A stretch of DNA of 32,000 bases, from positions 750,001 to 782,000 of the forward strand of contig NZ_CP021983.2 in assembly GCF_002075285.3 (NCBI RefSeq). Reading direction: 5' to 3'. How positions within the stretch are numbered: the first letter of the stretch is position 1; each line of letters begins with the position of its first letter. Position numbers and translations under genes: made by a program. The DNA is from Halomicronema hongdechloris C2206. GTDB taxonomy: Bacteria > Cyanobacteriota > Cyanobacteriia > Phormidesmidales > Phormidesmidaceae. The notes below the pieces were generated by a model that was not told where the DNA came from, searched no databases, and was given only the letters and a program-made list of their open reading frames with translations. Of this stretch, positions 27,164 through 32,000 are shown in pieces.

Positions 27164-27646
27164 TTAAAACAGCCCCAAGGTCAAGGACTCTCGGATGGGG
27201 AATGTGGCACCGATACCTAACCAGAGGGTCACCAGAGTGCCAAACAAGAATACTGTCGTTGCCACAGGACGACGGAATGGATTCTGAAACTTGTTGACAT
27301 TCTCCAGGAAAGGCACCAACATCAAGCCGAGCGGAATAGATGCCATCATGGTAACTCCTAGCACCTTGTTGGGAACCACCCGCAGGATTTGAAAGGTTGG
27401 ATAGAGATACCATTCGGGCAGAATCTCTAGTGGCGTTGCAAAGGGATTAGCTGGCTCACCGACCATGGCAGGGTCTAAGACAGCTAGGGCAACGACGCAG
27501 GCAATGGTGCCTAGGATAACAATGGGAAATGTATATAGCAAGTCATTGGGCCAAGCGGGCTCACCGTAGTAGTTGTGCCCCATTCCCTGCTTCAGCTTTT
27601 CCCTCAACTTAGGATCGCTAAGATCCGGCTTCTTCAGTGTGGCCAT
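27164..27646 (-). CDS. petD: cytochrome b6-f complex subunit IV
   Basis: [41 protein letters not shown]...PEWYLYP...FQNPFRRP. Start at ATG 27644-27646. Confidence 0.95.
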   Translation of the reverse strand: MATLKKPDLSDPKLREKLKQGMGHNYYGEPAWPNDLLYTFPIVILGTIACVVALAVLDPAMVGEPANPFATPLEILPEWYLYPTFQILRVVPNKVLGVTMMASIPLGLMLVPFLENVNKFQNPFRRPVATTVFLFGTLVTLWLGIGATFPIRESLTLGLF

Positions 27647-27726
27647 AGTTAATCGTGTAGTGTCCTCGACAGTGATAAAACCAGGCTTGTCCAAGCAAGC
27701 TATACACCGGGTAAGGTGCTTATAGC

Positions 27727-28395
27727 TTACAACGGACCAGAAATCCCTTGCTTGCGAATCATGAGGAAATGCAACAACATGAACACGGCGATTAGCCAGG
27801 GAAGCACGAAGGTATGCAAGCTGTAGAACCGAGTTAGGGTTCCTTGCCCAACAGCCTCGCCGCCACGCATCAACTCAACGATGGCACCACCGACTACCGG
27901 AATAGCGCCGGGAACGCCAGAGACAATATTAACCGCCCAGTAGCCCACTTGGTCCCAGGGTAGCGAATAGCCGGTTACTCCGAAGGATACGGTAATCACG
28001 GCCAAAATCACCCCGGTGATCCAAGTTAACTCCCGGGGCTTTTTGAATCCGCCAGTGAGATAGATCCGAAACACATGCAGGATCATCATCAACACCATCA
28101 TGCTGGCGGACCAGCGATGGATGGAGCGAATCAGCCAACCGAAGTTGACGTCGGTCATTATGTATTGAATTGACGTAAAGGCTTCGGTGACCGTCGGCTT
28201 ATAGTAGAAGGTCATAGCGAATCCAGTCGCAAACTGGATCAGGAAGCAGGTTAGGGTAATGCCCCCCAGGCAGTAGAAGATATTGACATGGGGAGGAACG
28301 TACTTGCTGGTGATGTCGTCAGCCAGGGCTTGAATCTCGAGGCGCTCGTTGAACCACTGATACGCCTTGGAATCCGTGACTTGCTTAGTAAACAT
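27727..28395 (-). CDS. petB: cytochrome b6
   Basis: [34 protein letters not shown]...[21 protein letters not shown]...[11 protein letters not shown]. 222 aa. Confidence 0.95.
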   Translation of the reverse strand: MFTKQVTDSKAYQWFNERLEIQALADDITSKYVPPHVNIFYCLGGITLTCFLIQFATGFAMTFYYKPTVTEAFTSIQYIMTDVNFGWLIRSIHRWSASMMVLMMILHVFRIYLTGGFKKPRELTWITGVILAVITVSFGVTGYSLPWDQVGYWAVNIVSGVPGAIPVVGGAIVELMRGGEAVGQGTLTRFYSLHTFVLPWLIAVFMLLHFLMIRKQGISGPL

Positions 28396-28468
28396 GAAGC
28401 GGGACGCTCTATAACGCTGTAATTAAACATTGCCGTTAACAAGAAATGTAACATAGCGTCATCCGCCA

Positions 28469-28512
28469 GGCAGCGATTCTCTGGCAAAAACAGGTCGAGA
28501 CTAATCGCTGCC
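28469..28512. promoter_or_regulatory. 10-bp perfect inverted repeat in the petB upstream/leader region
   Basis: GGCAGCGATT (28469-28478) and AATCGCTGCC (28503-28512), 24 nt apart, 74-117 nt upstream of the petB ATG. Confidence 0.35.
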
Positions 28513-28581
28513 TGCCCCGCCCCTGGGCTGAGAAACAGACCTATACCGGGGAATCTAGCTAGAAGATGCCAGAGTAGAGCT

Positions 28582-28599
28582 GTTACAAACATTTACATG
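28582..28599. promoter_or_regulatory. HLR1-like direct repeat (candidate RpaB-type binding site)
   Basis: GTTACAAA-ca-TTTACATG compared with the HLR1 consensus (G/T)TTACA(T/A)(T/A)-N2-(G/T)TTACA(T/A)(T/A). There is one deviation, at the last base. Confidence 0.35.
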
Positions 28600-28643
28600 C
28601 TGTTAAGACTGGTGAGCCGATCGGCTCTTGGCTTTAGGAAGAG

Positions 28644-28691
28644 ATGACTAACCTGATGACTAACCTGATGACTAACCTGATGACTAACCTA
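28644..28691. repeat. tandem 12-mer array, 4 x ATGACTAACCTG
   Basis: Three exact copies plus a fourth ending in A, read directly. It forms the first 16 codons (MTNL x4) of the track ORF 28644-28856. Confidence 0.95.
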
Positions 28692-28866
28692 ATTGGATCA
28701 GGTGCCGTAAATCCTGATTCAGGCTTGATGGGGTTTTGGGCAGGCAGCTTAGATATCGAGGTAGGCGTAGTACCGAATCTCGCACCTGAGCTGACCGCGG
28801 CTACGATTCCAGAAAATAGGTCAAAACTGGAGGGAGGAACTTGGTTTATCTACTGAACTAATTAGA

Positions 28867-28884
28867 GTAGATAACGTAGATAAC
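28867..28884. repeat. tandem 9-mer GTAGATAAC x2
   Basis: Exact copies at 28867-28875 and 28876-28884. GTAGATA also occurs at about 18669 and 18955. Confidence 0.85.
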
Positions 28885-29047
28885 AAGGTATAGAAGAAGT
28901 TAATGGCCCTGATACCTTTTTTTACTGAGCTACCTAGCCTGCTGCCCAGGAATCGCAAGGAGCAGGAGCGACTGTGTAGCTGCGATCGCAAGGGTTGGTA
29001 TCCAGGACCGTGAGCGATGTCAGAACAAGGTCGTTAAAATCGCCATT

Positions 29048-30283
29048 ATGAAGAAGCGACTAGTTAGGGTTGTCGGCGCGCTACTGTTGTCGGGTTTGGT
29101 CTGGCTAGGGCTGGGCGGGGCCCCAACTTGGGCTCTGAGTGAGCCCCAGCAGTTGGTCGCAGAAGCCTGGCGCATTGTCAATCGCGTCTACTTAGACGAT
29201 ACGTTCAATCAGCAAAATTGGTGGTTTGTTCGCCAGCGTTGGCTAAAGCGGCCGCTACCGGATCAGGACGCTGCCTATGCCGCGGTTAAGGAGATGCTGA
29301 GCAGTCTGGAGGATCCTTACACCCGGCTGCTGCAGCCAGAGCAGTATCAGAGCCTACAAACCACGACTTCTGGGGAGTTGATGGGGGTGGGCTTACAGAT
29401 TACGAAGGATGAAGATGGCCAGACGCTGCGGGTCATTGCTCCCATTGAAGGGTCTCCAGCTGCCAGTGCCGGCATTCAACCCAAAGATCGGGTGTTGGCC
29501 ATTGATGGGGCCTCAACCGCTACCCTGACGCTGGATGAGGCGGCGGGGCGTATGCGGGGACCTGTGGGCACGTCAGTGACCCTGACCGTGCAACGGAACC
29601 ATGAGGAACCGATGGAGTTGACCCTGAATCGCGATCGCATCACCTTGAATCCGGTCTATGCCGATCTGCGCACAGGGGCCAACGGTAAGCGGATTGGCTA
29701 TCTGCGTCTGAGCCAGTTCAATGCCAATGCCACCTCGGAATTAGCGGCTGCCATTGACCGCTTAGAGCAGCAACAGGCTGAAGCCTATGTGCTCGATTTG
29801 CGTAATAATCCGGGCGGGTTACTGCAAGCTGGGATCGAAGTGGCCCGATTGTGGTTAGATGAAGGCACCATCGTCTATACGGTGACCCGTCAGGGAGTCT
29901 TTGATAGCTATGAGGCCAACGGCACCGCTCACACCCAGGATCCACTGGTGGTGTTGGTGAATCAAGGGACTGCCAGTGCCAGTGAGATTCTGGCCGGCGC
30001 TCTGCAGGACAATGGTCGGGCCCGGTTGGTGGGTGATGTCACCTTTGGCAAGGGGCTGATTCAATCTCTGTTTGATTTGCCGGGAGAGGCTGGCTTAGCG
30101 GTGACCGTGGCTAAGTATGAGACCCCTAACCACCACGATATTCATCGCCTTGGCATCACTCCCGATAAGGTGGTCGAGGCTGTTCCCACGCCAAGAACGC
30201 AGTTTGGCTCAGATCAGGATCAGCAGTATCAGGCGGCGGTGGAGATGCTAACCGCCCCAGCGGTGATTGCCGGTGCCCAGTAA
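29048..30283 (+). CDS. ctpA: carboxyl-terminal processing protease (S41A)
   Basis: Signal/anchor N-terminus, a PDZ segment (GVGLQI...GSPAASAGIQPKDRVLAIDG), NNPGGLL, GTASASEILAGAL (Ser) and TFGKGLIQ (Lys). Confidence 0.9.
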   Translation: MKKRLVRVVGALLLSGLVWLGLGGAPTWALSEPQQLVAEAWRIVNRVYLDDTFNQQNWWFVRQRWLKRPLPDQDAAYAAVKEMLSSLEDPYTRLLQPEQYQSLQTTTSGELMGVGLQITKDEDGQTLRVIAPIEGSPAASAGIQPKDRVLAIDGASTATLTLDEAAGRMRGPVGTSVTLTVQRNHEEPMELTLNRDRITLNPVYADLRTGANGKRIGYLRLSQFNANATSELAAAIDRLEQQQAEAYVLDLRNNPGGLLQAGIEVARLWLDEGTIVYTVTRQGVFDSYEANGTAHTQDPLVVLVNQGTASASEILAGALQDNGRARLVGDVTFGKGLIQSLFDLPGEAGLAVTVAKYETPNHHDIHRLGITPDKVVEAVPTPRTQFGSDQDQQYQAAVEMLTAPAVIAGAQ

Positions 30284-31547
30284 ACCCTACCGTACCTATC
30301 ATGACCCCCTGCATGGGGCGATTACACTGGATGGTCAGGAGCCTACAGAGGCCCTACTGATTCGCCTCATCGATACGTCTCCCTTTCAGCGGTTGCGCCG
30401 CATTCGGCAGTTGGGACCAGCCAGTTTGACCTTCCATGGGGCCGAAAGTTCTCGATTCACCCATTCTCTGGGGGTGATGTTCATTACCCGGCGGGTGTTT
30501 GATCGCCTGGCCCAGGAGCACCCGATTTTGCGATCGCATCGCACCGCGGTGCTCTGTGCTGCCCTATTGCACGATATTGGCCATGGCCCCTTTAGCCATA
30601 CCGCCGAAAACATCTTCGGCTGCCATCACGAGCAATGGACCCGCCGGATTTTACAGCAAGCCCCGGAGGTGCGATCGCAACTGCAGCAAGTCTCTCCCGA
30701 TTTAATTGCAGCCATCGACCAGATTTACACTCACCAGCATCCGGTGCCCTTGGTCTGGCAGATAGTCTCTAGCCAGCTCGACTGCGACCGACTCGACTAT
30801 CTGCTGCGGGATAGCTACTTCACCGGCGCTCGCTATGGTCACCTCGATCTCGATCGGATTTTGATGGCCCTGGAGATGGACACTCTCACCCAGCAACTCG
30901 TCGTGGCCCGCAAGGGATTAGCGGCCATCGAGCACTATCTAGTAGTGCGCTACTTCATGTATGCCCAGGTCTATAACCATCCCAAGAACCTTACCGCCGC
31001 CTGGGTGTTAGAACAAGCCTTGCAACGGGCCCGGGAACTCCTATACCACGGTGCCTTAGACGCCGATGCCACCGTTCAAGCCTGGTTGACACAGCCCAAC
31101 CACCAGCTCGCCCTCGACACTTACCTCAGCGGCGATGACATTGTCTTTCTCTATCACCTACACCGCTGGCAACACCACAGTGACCCATTGTTGTCAGACC
31201 TATGTCGCCGGTTTCTGGATCGTGATTTGCTGAAAGCACTGGAAGTAACCCCCCTGCCAGACAACCAGCACACCGCATTACTGCAAATGCTACAACACCA
31301 AATGCAGCAGCAAGGATGGGAAGCAGCCCGCTATAGTGGCCTGCGCCGTATCTGGAGCCGGGGCTATACCCTCTATCAGCACGGCATCCTAGTGCGCACC
31401 GGCAATGGCCTGCAAGACATCAACCAACTCTCGCCAGTTGTGCAGACGCTGACCCAGGCCCATGCCCGTCTATGGCTATTGTACCCCCGCGCCTGGGAGC
31501 AGTCTGCCCATCACCTCTATCATCAGCTACAGCAGCGGAGCCACTAG
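30267..31547 (+). CDS. HD-domain phosphohydrolase, COG1078 / SAMHD1-like dNTP triphosphohydrolase family
   Basis: RFTHSLGV, LLHDIGHGPFSH and DCDRLDYLLRDSYFTG. TTG 30267 or GTG 30273 as start; either overlaps the ctpA 3' end. Confidence 0.8.
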   Translation: MPVPSKPYRTYHDPLHGAITLDGQEPTEALLIRLIDTSPFQRLRRIRQLGPASLTFHGAESSRFTHSLGVMFITRRVFDRLAQEHPILRSHRTAVLCAALLHDIGHGPFSHTAENIFGCHHEQWTRRILQQAPEVRSQLQQVSPDLIAAIDQIYTHQHPVPLVWQIVSSQLDCDRLDYLLRDSYFTGARYGHLDLDRILMALEMDTLTQQLVVARKGLAAIEHYLVVRYFMYAQVYNHPKNLTAAWVLEQALQRARELLYHGALDADATVQAWLTQPNHQLALDTYLSGDDIVFLYHLHRWQHHSDPLLSDLCRRFLDRDLLKALEVTPLPDNQHTALLQMLQHQMQQQGWEAARYSGLRRIWSRGYTLYQHGILVRTGNGLQDINQLSPVVQTLTQAHARLWLLYPRAWEQSAHHLYHQLQQRSH

Positions 31548-32000
31548 GCGCAGCGCCTCTAGATCGAGTTGTTGCAGCTGCTCGTAGGCATTGGCAATGA
31601 TCCGATCTCCCCGTAAGAAACCGGTATTAGCCGCTGGACAAAGATAGGCTAAGGTCTCGGGGGAAAACGCCTGGGCTAGCCGCTGCACCTGTCGCAGTTG
31701 GCGTGGCCAGTGAAAGGTCTTGCTAAAGCGTAGGGGCGTCGGTCGTCCCTGGGGATCCGGCAACAGATGGCGCCCCGTAAAGAGTACGCCGCCATAGGCC
31801 TCGTAGTACAAACAGGCGGAACCGGGCGAATAGCCTGGTGTCCATAGGGCACGGCAGGTGGGGCTGAGGTCGATGGTTTGTTGAAAGGTGGTGGGCTGCA
31901 ACTGGGGCAGTAAGTAAGCCTCCTGTTCCTGAATCACCACCTCACAGCCTAAGGCCTTTTGGAACTCGTTAACTTGGCCAATGGCCCCCCGATGACTCAG
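31527..32000 (-). CDS. MBL-fold protein, 5'-truncated by the window edge
   Basis: The frame stays open from 31940 to 32000 (LSHRGAIGQVNEFQKALGCEV...). WTPGYSPGS resembles the TPGHTPG block. The C-terminal 158 codons are visible. Confidence 0.6.
   Translation of the reverse strand: MSHRGAIGQVNEFQKALGCEVVIQEQEAYLLPQLQPTTFQQTIDLSPTCRALWTPGYSPGSACLYYEAYGGVLFTGRHLLPDPQGRPTPLRFSKTFHWPRQLRQVQRLAQAFSPETLAYLCPAANTGFLRGDRIIANAYEQLQQLDLEALRLVAPLL

Noticed and set aside
28644-28691. Tandem repeats here, and at 4042-4097, as a CRISPR array
   Set aside because: The units are 7-12 nt long and directly abutting with no spacers. No cas genes are present in the window.
28644-28856. The small ORF as a high-light-inducible protein (HLIP), given the nearby HLR1-like site
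   Set aside because: It lacks the chlorophyll-binding ExxNGRxAMxGF motif and a clear single TM helix.

Overview
The window reads as core chromosome of a GC-rich cyanobacterium. Evidence: 12 exact copies of the HIP1 octamer GCGATCGC, the petB-petD operon, ctpA, tocopherol cyclase, a ycf20-like gene, and a 1749-aa TamB/TIC236-like protein. I call about 27 protein genes plus one tRNA-Ser(GCU). The genes are mostly housekeeping: tyrS, a class A PBP, lepB, murQ, gmd, and two J-domain proteins. Several are conserved cyanobacterial DUF proteins. I see no transposase, integrase, CRISPR array, toxin-antitoxin pair or recognisable defence gene, so I cannot claim a new protein-based system. The material the CDS calls do not explain is noncoding. 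(1) A 1.05-kb ORF-poor stretch after tRNA-Ser holds a diverged ~256-bp tandem duplication that keeps an ordered motif cassette, plus other short direct repeats and a strong hairpin. (2) A 750-bp ORF-free gap downstream of tyrS has a two-hairpin module, heptamer arrays and a G-quadruplex-capable tract; that tract shares a near-identical 16-mer with the tract just 3' of tamB. (3) The petB-ctpA spacer has an HLR1-like direct repeat, a 10-bp inverted repeat and a 4 x 12-nt tandem array whose copies each carry an in-frame ATG. A co-directional five-gene cluster (anti-sigma-type kinase, gmd, PhyH-like oxygenase, GT4 glycosyltransferase, zinc-ribbon membrane protein) and an RDD-HEAT-pentapeptide fusion next to ycf20 are the most unusual coding arrangements. 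All family calls rest on motifs read by eye; no database search was possible.
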